Of a DNA stretch of 53,102 bases, positions 1 through 9,311 are shown one piece after another. The DNA is from a virus. Its lineage: Duplodnaviria > Caudoviricetes. The stretch lies in IMG/VR virus record IMGVR_UViG_3300044837_000127, positions 1 through 53,102 of that record. The stretch is one strand, 5' to 3'. Under the pieces are notes generated by a model. It was given only the letters and a program-made list of their open reading frames with translations. It ran no database searches and was not told the origin of the DNA. Numbering within the stretch: the first letter of the stretch is position 1; every line of letters starts with the position of its first letter. Position numbers and translations under genes: made by a program.

Positions 1-127
1 CGCATCGCCCAGGGGAACGGGGGGCTGGTCGGGCCCATCCGGCAAGCGCAAGAGGGCAGCGTTTCCGTCACGGTCGCTATTCCAGACGTCCGCGGCCTTG
101 AATTCTGGTTTCTGCAGACGCCCTATG
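1..127. repeat. Terminal direct repeat (assembly circularisation overlap), identical to 52976-53102
   Basis: First 127 nt match the last 127 nt exactly and an ORF reads through the junction. Confidence 0.95.
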
Positions 128-255
128 GCGCGCAATATTGGGCCGCCACCGCCGGCTATCGGACCGCGCATTATGTAGCCGCGCCGCCCTATGACTTCGG
201 GCCTTACGGGTTTGGTTTTGGCGGGGGTTGGGGAAACTCTCGATGGCCGAACTAA
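1..255 (+). CDS. DUF4054-like head-tail adaptor, 3' part
   Basis: Frame 1 open from base 1: EGSVSV...WFLQTPYGAQYWAATAGYRT, TAA at 253-255. Confidence 0.8.
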   Translation, partial: RIAQGNGGLVGPIRQAQEGSVSVTVAIPDVRGLEFWFLQTPYGAQYWAATAGYRTAHYVAAPPYDFGPYGFGFGGGWGNSRWPN

Positions 256-788
256 ACGGCGGCAAAAAGCTGGAGCAAGCGCTGGAATCGCTGGCCCGCA
301 AGCTGGAGCGTGGCGGCACGCTGCGGGTTGGTTTTCTGGAGGGGGCCACCTATCCCGACGGCACCCCCGTGGCCATGGTAGCGGCTCTTCAGAATTTCGG
401 TGCGGCGGCTCGCGGGATCCCGCCCCGGCCGTTTTTCACCAACATGATCGCGGAGAAATCGGAGCGCTGGGCATCGGCTTTGGCGGCCCTGCTGAAGCGC
501 AACGATTTTGACGTGGATAAGACACTCCGTCAGATGGGCGCCGGCATTAAGGGCCAGCTCCAGCAAGCGATCGTCGACATGAATTCTCCGCCGCTGTCGC
601 CCATTACCCTGATGCTCCGCAAGATGCGGTCCGAAGATCCGGACCTGGAGGTCACGGGGGCGACGGTCGGGGAGGCGGCACGGCGCGTGGCGGCCGGGGA
701 GTCGACCGCGGGCGCATCGACCAAGCCGCTGATCGACACCACCCAGATGATCAATTCCGTGGATTATGAAGTGACTGGGGGCGGGTGA
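243..788 (+). CDS. Neck/tail-completion protein
   Basis: LRVGFLEGATYPDG...FGA..RGIPPRPFF...KPLIDT motifs; ATG at 243. Confidence 0.7.
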   Translation: MAELNGGKKLEQALESLARKLERGGTLRVGFLEGATYPDGTPVAMVAALQNFGAAARGIPPRPFFTNMIAEKSERWASALAALLKRNDFDVDKTLRQMGAGIKGQLQQAIVDMNSPPLSPITLMLRKMRSEDPDLEVTGATVGEAARRVAAGESTAGASTKPLIDTTQMINSVDYEVTGGG

Positions 789-1210
789 TGCGGTTGCTGG
801 ACCCGGACCCGCATTTCCTCTGGTACACGGTGGAAACCGCCGATTCCGATCATGGCTGTATCCAGCCGGACGGCATCACCCAATGGGGCGGCTTTGACGT
901 CGATTCGTTTCATTATATTGACCGGATCGCTGATGCCGATGGTATCACGTTCCTTTGCCCCAAATGCTTCGAAGCCAATGGCGGTTCGATCGGCACCCAT
1001 TCGGTCCAGATATATTTCCGGTCTGGCATCGTGCCTTCCGATCTGGGGCGCAACCGTGAGGGCCAGACCGTTCGCTGGAGCGTGACAAAAGGCACCGGAT
1101 ATGACGATTTGGTTCTATCGCCGTCCATCCTGTTGCTTGGCGGGTGCGGCTGGCACGGCTTTATTGGCGCGGCGGATGGAAGCCGGCCGGGCGAAGTGGT
1201 AACGTGCTGA
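785..1210 (+). CDS. Cys/His protein, DUF6527-like
   Basis: FLCPKC...H...W...LVLSPSIL..GCGWHGFI pattern. Confidence 0.55.
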   Translation: MMRLLDPDPHFLWYTVETADSDHGCIQPDGITQWGGFDVDSFHYIDRIADADGITFLCPKCFEANGGSIGTHSVQIYFRSGIVPSDLGRNREGQTVRWSVTKGTGYDDLVLSPSILLLGGCGWHGFIGAADGSRPGEVVTC

Positions 1211-1211
1211 C

Positions 1212-1616
1212 ATGAACCTTCACGCCATCGTCCGCGGCGCCGTGACCGCCATCAATCCCGACGCCAGCGGGCGGGTGTACATTAGCACCGGTCAAGCCAC
1301 GGGCGCGAACGGCAAGCGGGTGCCGACATATGATCGGATTGATGGCGTCCCTATGCAAGTCCAGCCGCTTTCGATGCAGGACGTCGGGCGGCTCCAGCAA
1401 ATGGACGGGCTGAATATCGAAGGCGTCATGCGGTCGGTCTATATCAACGGGGCGCCCAAAGGGGCTGACCGGGTGGAAATGAAGGGCGGGGATATCCTGT
1501 ACCTCATCGGCCATTTCTGGCTGGTGGTGGCCGTTCTGGAGCCGTGGGATACCGCCGGTTGGGCCAAGGTCGGGGTGTCCAAGCAAATCAACGCGCCGGA
1601 GGGGGTAACCGTCTGA
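1212..1616 (+). CDS. Head-tail joining protein
   Basis: MNLHAIVRGAVTAINP...QVQPLS...GGD..WLVVAVLEPW; synteny. Confidence 0.7.
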   Translation: MNLHAIVRGAVTAINPDASGRVYISTGQATGANGKRVPTYDRIDGVPMQVQPLSMQDVGRLQQMDGLNIEGVMRSVYINGAPKGADRVEMKGGDILYLIGHFWLVVAVLEPWDTAGWAKVGVSKQINAPEGVTV

Positions 1617-2149
1617 TGGGCCCAGAAGTCACCGAAGACGATCTGATGACCGCGTTGCGCACTTTCCTGGCAGGGCTCGCGCTGACCGGGGTGGATCCGG
1701 ACGATATTATCCAAAGTCAGGTGAATCGGGTGCCGGAGCCAAAGGCGGCCGATTTCATCGTTATGACCCCGACCTTTAGGCGGCGGATTGCCACCAACGT
1801 GGAAACATGGTCGACCGCTCCGGATCCGGCGCCACCGCCGGACGAGCTTCGCATGGAACGGGACACCGAAGTCACCATCCAGCTTGACATTCACGGGCCC
1901 AATGGCGCGGACAACGCCCAAACGATTGCCACGCTCTGGCGGAGCGACTATGGTTGCCGGGCAATTGACCCGCCGATTTTCCAGCCGCTCTATGCGAGCG
2001 ATGGGCACCAAGCGCCCTTCGTCAACGCGGAAAAGCAATACGAAAACCGATGGGTCATGGCGCTGTTGATGCAAGCCAATGTGGCCGTCTCGACAGCGAC
2101 GGACTTTGCCGATAGTATCAGCGTGGAAATCATAGGAACCGGCGCATGA
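1616..2149 (+). CDS. Tail terminator/neck protein
   Basis: ATG overlaps upstream TGA; QVNRVPEP, QLDIHGP, QYENRW; directly before the sheath. Confidence 0.7.
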   Translation: MGPEVTEDDLMTALRTFLAGLALTGVDPDDIIQSQVNRVPEPKAADFIVMTPTFRRRIATNVETWSTAPDPAPPPDELRMERDTEVTIQLDIHGPNGADNAQTIATLWRSDYGCRAIDPPIFQPLYASDGHQAPFVNAEKQYENRWVMALLMQANVAVSTATDFADSISVEIIGTGA

Positions 2150-3861
2150 CACCCAGCATTCCCGCCAGCGCGATTGTCAATGTCACGCCCAACGTGATCG
2201 GTGCGGGCGGTACGGGCCTGGATCTGAACGGGCTGATTCTGACCATCACCGATTATGTTCCGGTCGGCACCGTCATGAGCTTTGCCACCGCCCAGGACGT
2301 GGCCGATTTCTTCGGGCCGCTCAGTGCGGAGGCAGCCATGGCGGCCATCTATTTCGCCGGTTTCGACGGGTCCAACATCAAGCCCGCCTCCCTGCTGTTC
2401 GTGCAGTATGTGGAAAATATCCCCGGCGTGCCGCCGTACCTTCGCAGTGGTGACGTTTCGGGCATGACGGTCGCCCAGCTCCAGGCACTCGGCTCCGGCA
2501 CGCTGGGCTTCACGATTAATGGTCGGGCGTTCACCAGCGGCACCATCAATCTGTCCGCAACCACCAGTTTCTCCAATGCCGCTGCGCTTATCCAGGCCGG
2601 CCTCGCACATTATGATGCGGTGGTGACGGGCAGCATCGCCGGCACCACGCTGACCGTTACCGCGGTCACCAGCGGCACGCTTCGGATCGGTCAGACCATT
2701 ACCGGCGCGGGCATCACCCCGGTGCGCATCGGGGCGCTCGGCACCGGCACGGGAGGGACGGGCACCTATACGATCGAAGGTGGCTCGCAAACCGTCAGCA
2801 GCACCACGATCAGCGCCGGCCAGACCATCGTTTCCTATAATTCGCAGCTCGGTTCATTCGAAGTCTTCGGCGGGACGCCCGGTGCGAACGGTGGGACCGT
2901 TTCCTATGCAACCGGAGCGCTGTCGGCCGGACTGAAACTGACCGCGGCCACGGGTGCTATCCAGAGCGCCGGCACCAGCACCATGACGCCCGCTGGCGCG
3001 ATGGATGCGGTGGTCGCCAACACCCAGAATTTCGCCAGCTTCACCACCACCTTCAAGCCAAGCGTGGCCGATATGGTCGCCTTCGCCGCCTGGGCCAACG
3101 GTCAGGACAATCGGTTCCTGTACGCCATGTGGGATGACAATATTACCGTGGCGACCGTGCAGGACGATCCGGCGACGGCGGGCTATCTGGTCGCTGCGAA
3201 CGATTATTCCGGCACGGTGCCGATCTATGACCCGCTGAACGGGCAGAATATCGCCGCCTTCGTCATGGGCACAGTGGCCAGCCTGGACTTCACCCAGACC
3301 GAAGGCCGTACCAATGTGGACTTGCGGTCCCAATCGGGACTCGCTGCCGGCGTGACCAGCGCGACCGTTCGCAATATGCTGATCGCCAATGGCTATAATT
3401 TCTATGGCTCGTTCGCGACGGCCAATGACGAATTCACCTTTTTCAATTCCGGCACCGTCAGCGGTCCGTTCGCGTGGATCGATTCCTACGTCAACCAGAT
3501 TTGGATGAACAACGGCTTCCAGCTCGCGCTGATGGTGCTGCTGACCAGCGTTCGGTCCATTCCCTATAATTCGGCGGGCTATGGTCTGATCGAGTCGGCC
3601 ATGCTGGCCCAGGTGGAAGCGGCGGTGAATTTCGGCGCCGTCCGGGCCGGGGTAACGCTGTCCGCTCTGCAGATCGCCCAGGTCAATGCGGCGGCCGGGC
3701 TCAACATCAGCGATACGATCCAGCAACGCGGCTGGTATATCCAGGTGAAGAATGCGAGCGCCGATGTTCGGGCGGCTCGTGGAAGCCCGCCGGTCACCTT
3801 CTGGTACACGGACGGCCAATCGGTCCAGTCCATCAATCTGGCGAGCGTGGAGGTCCAATAA
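2146..3861 (+). CDS. Tail sheath protein (DUF3383) with inserted Gly/Thr-rich module
   Basis: 571 aa; IPASAIVNVTPNVI, GYNFYG, WIDSYVNQIW, RSIPYN, WYTDGQSVQ. Confidence 0.9.
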   Translation: MTPSIPASAIVNVTPNVIGAGGTGLDLNGLILTITDYVPVGTVMSFATAQDVADFFGPLSAEAAMAAIYFAGFDGSNIKPASLLFVQYVENIPGVPPYLRSGDVSGMTVAQLQALGSGTLGFTINGRAFTSGTINLSATTSFSNAAALIQAGLAHYDAVVTGSIAGTTLTVTAVTSGTLRIGQTITGAGITPVRIGALGTGTGGTGTYTIEGGSQTVSSTTISAGQTIVSYNSQLGSFEVFGGTPGANGGTVSYATGALSAGLKLTAATGAIQSAGTSTMTPAGAMDAVVANTQNFASFTTTFKPSVADMVAFAAWANGQDNRFLYAMWDDNITVATVQDDPATAGYLVAANDYSGTVPIYDPLNGQNIAAFVMGTVASLDFTQTEGRTNVDLRSQSGLAAGVTSATVRNMLIANGYNFYGSFATANDEFTFFNSGTVSGPFAWIDSYVNQIWMNNGFQLALMVLLTSVRSIPYNSAGYGLIESAMLAQVEAAVNFGAVRAGVTLSALQIAQVNAAAGLNISDTIQQRGWYIQVKNASADVRAARGSPPVTFWYTDGQSVQSINLASVEVQ

Positions 3862-4299
3862 ATGGCCGGGAAAACCATCACCGCCGCCAACAGCATCCTC
3901 CTTCTGTCGATCGAAGGGCTGTTCGATGTTCCCCAGCAGCTCCAGGGCTTCGCGGCGGACGATGTTTTCGATACGGAGACGATCGCGCCGGCCGAAACCA
4001 TGATGGGCGTGGACGGCCATCTGTCCGGTGGCTTCGTCTTCAATCCGATTCGGCAGAATATCGCGCTTCAGGCGGACAGCGATTCCAACCGGATTTTCGA
4101 AGCTTGGATCGCCGCCATGGTCCAGTCGCGCGAAACCTATATCGCCAACGGTCAAGTGCAGCTCCAGGCTATCCAGCGCAAATATGCGATGGCGCGGGGC
4201 TTCCTGACCAGTATTCCACCGACCCCGGCCGCCCGCAAGGTGCTGCAGCCGCGGCGCTACCAAATCACATGGGAGCGGATTACCGCCGCGCCCTACTAA
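3862..4299 (+). CDS. Tail tube protein
   Basis: TITAAN...QLQGFAADD...MGVDGHLSGG..LQADS; follows the sheath. Confidence 0.85.
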   Translation: MAGKTITAANSILLLSIEGLFDVPQQLQGFAADDVFDTETIAPAETMMGVDGHLSGGFVFNPIRQNIALQADSDSNRIFEAWIAAMVQSRETYIANGQVQLQAIQRKYAMARGFLTSIPPTPAARKVLQPRRYQITWERITAAPY

Positions 4300-4311
4300 A
4301 CGAGGGCCGCC

Positions 4312-4824
4312 ATGCGGAAAACCACCACCGTGACCATAGCGACGGAAGGTCGCGATAAGGGCAAGGTCTTTTTGCTGACCGAAATGCCCGCCAGCCAAGC
4401 CGAAAACTGGGGAATGCGGGCTCTGGCTGCGATCGGCCGGGCCGGTATCGAGATTCCCGACGAAATGGAAGGATCCGGAATGGCCGGCGTGGCGGCGATC
4501 GGCCGGGCCGGTTTCCGACTGCAGGGAAGTCTGGCGCCGGAAGATATCGAGCCGTTGATGGCCGAAATGATGGGGTGCGTCCAGATCGTTCCCGACCCCA
4601 AGCAACCGACGGTCACGCGGGGGCTGGTGGAAGACGATATCGAAGAAGTCGCCACGCGCCTTCATTTACGCAGCGAGGTCATGTCGCTCCACTTGGGTTT
4701 TTCGATAGCCGACGCCCTGTCGAAATTGGGGGCGTTGGCCAAGAGTCGGATCGGGATTACGCCGAGTACGCCAACGTCAGCCGAGCCATCGGTGCCGTTG
4801 TCTCCGCCCGCATCGCCAGCCTGA
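4312..4824 (+). CDS. Tail assembly chaperone (G-like)
   Basis: GRDKGKVFLLTEMPA..DIEEVATRLHLR..LHLGF; between tube and tape measure. Confidence 0.8.
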   Translation: MRKTTTVTIATEGRDKGKVFLLTEMPASQAENWGMRALAAIGRAGIEIPDEMEGSGMAGVAAIGRAGFRLQGSLAPEDIEPLMAEMMGCVQIVPDPKQPTVTRGLVEDDIEEVATRLHLRSEVMSLHLGFSIADALSKLGALAKSRIGITPSTPTSAEPSVPLSPPASPA

Positions 4825-4925
4825 TTGAGCTCGATACGGTCTATGGGACTGAAGACCTTTACGTCCTGCTGGAAATCGTGGAGGTCGACACGCATAACCA
4901 GCAGCTAGCGAACCGGGAAGAATAG
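4695..4925 (+). CDS. Tail assembly chaperone -1 frameshift extension (GT-like)
   Basis: Slippery heptamer G GGT TTT at 4695-4701; -1 frame gives ...ASLIELDTVYGTEDLYVLLEI... Confidence 0.7.
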   Translation, partial: GFFDSRRPVEIGGVGQESDRDYAEYANVSRAIGAVVSARIASLIELDTVYGTEDLYVLLEIVEVDTHNQQLANREE

Positions 4926-4926
4926 C

Positions 4927-6636
4927 GTGGAAATTGTTGACGAATTCGTTGTCACGCTGGGGCTGGATCCTTCCAAATATAAGAAGGAAATGGCCGACTT
5001 CCGTGACGATTTGCGGCGGACGAAAGACGAGACGCGCCGTACCACTCGCGACATGGAAGCTGACGGGCGCCGCGGGGCCGAATCGTTCAGCCGGCTGAAA
5101 AATGAAATCGTCGGGTTGTTTTTGGTGGTAGCCGGAGCGCGAAGCCTGGGCGGCTTTGTCACCGACTTGATCCACGGGGCCGCGGAAACCGGCCGGTTCG
5201 CCCAGAGCGTTGGAATCGCAACAGAGCGGGTATCGGTCTGGGAAATGGCGGTCCACTCCATGGGGGGCACCGCCCAGGACGCCCGTGCCTCTCTGGCGGC
5301 GCTTAATGCCGAATATACCAGCTACATGCTGACCGGCCGGGCGGTCCACGATGCGGATCTGGCCGCGCTCGGCATCAGCGCGCACGACTTACAAAGTCCG
5401 GAGCAATTGGCGCTGTCACTGGCCGAACGCCGGTCACATATATCCCAGCGTGAATTCTATGCCCGATTGCAGCGGCTGGGGCTGTCGGACAGCTTCATTC
5501 GCACCCTCGCGCAAGGTCGGCACGGGGTGGAGGATTTGCTGGGCCAGATGGAGCGCGTTGGGCCCGTGACCGATCGGGACGCCCGCGCCGCCCAGGATTA
5601 TGAACGTCAGCTATCGATTCTGTCCAACCGCATCAAAGCGGACTTGCGGCCAACGCTGACGTGGCTGCTGGAAACCGGCCTTCCTTTCGTCACCAATAAC
5701 ACATGGCTAGCGAATGCTGCGTTCGGCGCATTGGGCGGCACCGTTGCCCTGGTGGCCCTACGATTCGCCGGGTTGCCGGGGCTGATCGCTGCGGCCGGGA
5801 TTGCCATTGCAAGCCTCGCTTCCACCACCACGTCCAGCAATTGGGGGGCCGCAGCGCAATATGAATATTTGCGCCTTCGCCGCTGGATTTTGCAAACGGA
5901 GCTTGAACAGACCACCGATCCAGCGTTGCGTCAGGACGTGCAGCGGCAAATAGCTGCGCTCAATCCACAAATCGAGCAATTACGCATCGCCAGCGGGACT
6001 TTGGCGGACCCGGCTTTTGGGGGTACGGCGCCGGGCCAGCCGGCCGCTGGTGCGCCGGCCGGCGGTGGTGGTGCGGGCGCTCCCGGTGGTCCGCTCGCAC
6101 GGGTGCGGCAAACCGAATCGGGCAATAACTATAATCGGGTGGTTTACGATCTGCCCTCGCCGCGGGCGCCTACCACCATGACCCTTGGTGAAATTCATGA
6201 CGTGCTGCAGCCACAGCTTACCCGGCTGTCTCGCGGGCGCCGAGGCCCAGATGATCCCGGATCGTCAGCGATCGGCGCCTATCAGTTTGTCAGGGCCACC
6301 TTGGCCGCCGCGGCTAGCGGGGTCTTCGGCACGAGGTGGCGCAACCAGCGCTTTTCCCCAGGCACCCAAGACCGGATGGCCCAATGGTTGTACGCCCATC
6401 ACGGGCTGCGCGATTGGGCCATTGGCGGGGGCGCCACGTTGCCGGGTCATGGTGGTGCCCGTACCGCTATCGCGCGGTCTGGCGGAGGCGGCGGCACTCA
6501 TGTATCGGTTGGATCGATTGTCGTTTATACCCCGCCCGGAACGTCTGCCCATCAGGCACGGGCGGTGGCGGAGGAAGTACCCCGCGCCGTCCAACGTAGG
6601 GGCGTGGTGACGCAAGCCAATTCGGGGCTCAATTAG
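4927..6636 (+). CDS. Tape measure protein with C-terminal lysozyme-like domain
   Basis: IVDEFVVTLGLD N-terminus; helical body; TESGNNYN...SSAIGAYQFVRATL...FSPGTQD. Confidence 0.85.
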   Translation: MEIVDEFVVTLGLDPSKYKKEMADFRDDLRRTKDETRRTTRDMEADGRRGAESFSRLKNEIVGLFLVVAGARSLGGFVTDLIHGAAETGRFAQSVGIATERVSVWEMAVHSMGGTAQDARASLAALNAEYTSYMLTGRAVHDADLAALGISAHDLQSPEQLALSLAERRSHISQREFYARLQRLGLSDSFIRTLAQGRHGVEDLLGQMERVGPVTDRDARAAQDYERQLSILSNRIKADLRPTLTWLLETGLPFVTNNTWLANAAFGALGGTVALVALRFAGLPGLIAAAGIAIASLASTTTSSNWGAAAQYEYLRLRRWILQTELEQTTDPALRQDVQRQIAALNPQIEQLRIASGTLADPAFGGTAPGQPAAGAPAGGGGAGAPGGPLARVRQTESGNNYNRVVYDLPSPRAPTTMTLGEIHDVLQPQLTRLSRGRRGPDDPGSSAIGAYQFVRATLAAAASGVFGTRWRNQRFSPGTQDRMAQWLYAHHGLRDWAIGGGATLPGHGGARTAIARSGGGGGTHVSVGSIVVYTPPGTSAHQARAVAEEVPRAVQRRGVVTQANSGLN

Positions 6637-6638
6637 CG

Positions 6639-7322
6639 ATGGCGGATCCCCTCTATCCCAACGTCCCACGCTTCCCAGGCGTCCCCCCGGTCAATCGAAT
6701 CGATACAGGACAGGAGTCGAGTCTGGAACGGCTGACCAGGGATGCCGCCAGCCTCAGTCCGGGACAGATGACCGCATGGGGCATTTTCAGCCAGAAGGGG
6801 GCGCTGGCGCTCCGGCCCGACAATATAACCGCCTTTGAATTCCAGCGCGAATATCGGATTTCCGATTATCCTTTGGAAGCGGGCAGCTTCGAATCGTTCA
6901 ACAAGGTCACCCTCCCCTACGATATCCGCGTGATCATGACCAAAGGCGGTAGTCTGGCGGACCGGAAGGAATTTCTGGACATGGTGGATGCGCTGGTCGC
7001 CGCGCTCGATTTGTTCACCATAGTCACGCCGGAACGGGTTTATTTGAACGCCAATCTGATCCGGCAGGACTATCGCCGCGAGGCGACCAGCGGGGTCTCT
7101 CTGTTGACGGTGGAGCTTCACGCAACGGAGATTCGGTCCAAGGTGTCGGTGCAATTCGTTTCGTCGGTGACGGGCCCCGGCATCGGCGCGATCGCTGCAA
7201 CGGCCGGGACCACCCATGCCCCCAGTGGTGCCAATCCGCGCAATAACGGGTCGGTCCAGGCATTGACTCCAGCCCAGGAACGGCTTTTCCAACAGGGTTT
7301 ACCGATCGACATTGGCCCATGA
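6639..7322 (+). CDS. Baseplate/tube-initiator (Dit-like) protein
   Basis: ISDYPLEAGSFESFNKV..P, IVTPERVY; follows the tape measure. Confidence 0.75.
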   Translation: MADPLYPNVPRFPGVPPVNRIDTGQESSLERLTRDAASLSPGQMTAWGIFSQKGALALRPDNITAFEFQREYRISDYPLEAGSFESFNKVTLPYDIRVIMTKGGSLADRKEFLDMVDALVAALDLFTIVTPERVYLNANLIRQDYRREATSGVSLLTVELHATEIRSKVSVQFVSSVTGPGIGAIAATAGTTHAPSGANPRNNGSVQALTPAQERLFQQGLPIDIGP

Positions 7323-7630
7323 TATCGCAAATTCCCCTTATCGCGGTCGCTTCGCAGACCATGGCCGTCCAGCTTGGCGGTCAGCTTTGCCGTATCGACG
7401 TTTTCCAGAAGGCAACCGGGCTCTATATGGATCTGTACGTTGCCGACGTGCCGGTGGTGCTGGGGGTCATTTGCGAGGATCGCAACCCGCTGGTCCGATC
7501 GATTTATCTGGGCTTCCTAGGCGATCTTTATTTCTGGGATAGCCAGGGCGCCGCAGACCCCGATTATACGGGCCTGGGGGGACGGTTCCTGTTGCTCTGG
7601 GATAGTACGCTGGGCAACCAGTCGGCATAG
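7319..7630 (+). CDS. Small baseplate protein
   Basis: IPL..VASQ...YLGFLGDLYFWDSQG..DPDYTGLGGRF. Confidence 0.75.
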   Translation: MISQIPLIAVASQTMAVQLGGQLCRIDVFQKATGLYMDLYVADVPVVLGVICEDRNPLVRSIYLGFLGDLYFWDSQGAADPDYTGLGGRFLLLWDSTLGNQSA

Positions 7631-7668
7631 AAAAGGGCGGCGCGATTGGACCGCACCGCCCTTCCCTT
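7631..7668. terminator. Hairpin between convergent genes, likely terminator
   Basis: aagggcgg...ccgccctt stem with an A-run on the left. Confidence 0.55.
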
Positions 7669-7688
7669 GTCGCAGAGGGGGCCCGCGA

Positions 7689-8204
7689 TTACTGGTCGGA
7701 CTGGCCGCCGGGCTGATCGGCCGGGACGTCGGAAGCGGGCGCATCGCTGGCCGGCTCGTCCACCTGATTGGATTCGGACGGCTCTTCGTTCGGCTCGCCG
7801 GTTTCGAAGTCGCTGCCGACGCCGTTCTGGTTGCCGAAGGTCGAATCGTTGCCGGAACCGCCCGTATCGCCGGACACCGCCGGATCCACCGCGGGCGCAT
7901 CGCTGGCCGGAACGTCGGAAGCGGGCGCATCGCTGGAGCCGGTGTCGCCGCCCTGGTCGCTGCCATCGGCCGGGACGTCGGAAGCGGGCGTATCGCTGGA
8001 GCCGGTGTCGCCGGCAAGGCCGGCCTGCAGCTCGTCAAGCTGGCCCGCCGCGGCGGTGAGCTTGTCGGCCGCGGCCAGGAGGACGTCGGCGCTGATGCCG
8101 GAATCGCTGTTCACATGGTTGCGGATCGCATCGGCGGTTTCACCGACTTCCTTGCCGACGAGGGCGACGGCGGCCAGAAGCGCCGCGACTGCTTGGGTTG
8201 CCAT
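7689..8204 (-). CDS. Hypothetical protein with acidic low-complexity repeat tail
   Basis: SD-like aggaaagg before ATG 8204; repeats of SDAPASDVPA and GDTGSS. Confidence 0.65.
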   Translation of the reverse strand: MATQAVAALLAAVALVGKEVGETADAIRNHVNSDSGISADVLLAAADKLTAAAGQLDELQAGLAGDTGSSDTPASDVPADGSDQGGDTGSSDAPASDVPASDAPAVDPAVSGDTGGSGNDSTFGNQNGVGSDFETGEPNEEPSESNQVDEPASDAPASDVPADQPGGQSDQ

Positions 8205-8317
8205 TTTGGTGCCTTTCCTGATTTCGTAAGAGATTGAGAAAACGGATAAAGCGATAAGGACCAGCGCTGCCGCGTTCATTCGTTTCGCCCTTTCCGGAGC
8301 GGTCACCATACCAGCGC

Positions 8318-8331
8318 TGACGGTGCGGTCA
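8318..8331. promoter_or_regulatory. TGAC-N6-GTCA palindrome over leftward -35
   Basis: TGACGGTGCGGTCA. Confidence 0.7.
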
Positions 8332-8378
8332 ATAGGGGCTATGTGGACCGGCGATAAATATTTGGCTATGCCAAGCGC

Positions 8379-9263
8379 ATGTCATTCGCCCATCGTCGAA
8401 TCGATCTGGAATTCCAGCTAGGCCAAGGCGATTTTGGCAAAGCGGACTTCGATACCGTCCGGGTTTCCGGGTTGCGGGTCACGGCCACGGTCACGCGGTC
8501 GGGCGGCGCCCAAATGAGCGAATTAAACATGCGGGTCTTCGGGCTCCCGCTGGACGTCATGAACAAGCTGACGATCCTGAACATCCTTCGTCAGTATGAC
8601 GCCCGCCGCAACACCGTGGTCTTTTCGGCCGGCGATGATGGCAGCGTGGCGACATGCTTCATCGGCAACATCGTGGAAGCTTGGGCGGACATATCGCAGC
8701 CCGAAGGCGCCATGTACGTCCGGGCGGCCAGTGGCTATCTGGACTTGCTGCAGCCGGTGGCCCCGACCAGCTACAAAGGTGCGGTGGATGCGGCTTTCAT
8801 CCTGTCGGGGCTGGCGGCCCGGATGAATCCGCCGTTGACGGTGGAAAATAGCGGGGTGTCGGTCCAGCTCAGTAATCCGTATCTGGCCGGAACGCTGCTG
8901 GACCAGATCCGCGCCATCGCCCAGGCGGGCAATTTCAATTGCGTCATTGACGATGTAAACCGACGGTTGGCGATCTGGCCGGCCAACGGTGCCCGCGGCG
9001 GCCAGCGAACGGTGGTCGGGCCCGACACCGGCATGGTCGGCTATCCGTCATATACCCAGAGCGGCATTCAGCTAACGATGCTCTACAATCCGGCCATTGC
9101 CTTCGGTACGGAAATCCACGTGGAGTCCCAGCTCTTGCCGGCATCGGGCGGATGGATGGTCGCCCAGGTTTCGCATGATCTGGAAAGCGAGGTTCCGGGC
9201 GGCAAGTGGTTTACAAGGGTAGAGTGCGGCCTGATCGGTCAGGCGGTGCCGATCATCACTTAA
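8379..9263 (+). CDS. Baseplate hub protein
   Basis: VSGLRV..., TGMVGYP, LYNPAI.FG, HDLES..PGGKWF. Confidence 0.8.
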   Translation: MSFAHRRIDLEFQLGQGDFGKADFDTVRVSGLRVTATVTRSGGAQMSELNMRVFGLPLDVMNKLTILNILRQYDARRNTVVFSAGDDGSVATCFIGNIVEAWADISQPEGAMYVRAASGYLDLLQPVAPTSYKGAVDAAFILSGLAARMNPPLTVENSGVSVQLSNPYLAGTLLDQIRAIAQAGNFNCVIDDVNRRLAIWPANGARGGQRTVVGPDTGMVGYPSYTQSGIQLTMLYNPAIAFGTEIHVESQLLPASGGWMVAQVSHDLESEVPGGKWFTRVECGLIGQAVPIIT

Positions 9264-9311
9264 CCACAGAGCCCTAGCCGCCCCCGCCCCAGCGTGATAA
9301 TCTCCCGCCCC

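Noticed and set aside
1-127. Biological terminal repeat
   Set aside because: It is exactly 127 nt, a common assembler k-mer size, and lies mid-gene, so it is best read as a circular-assembly overlap.
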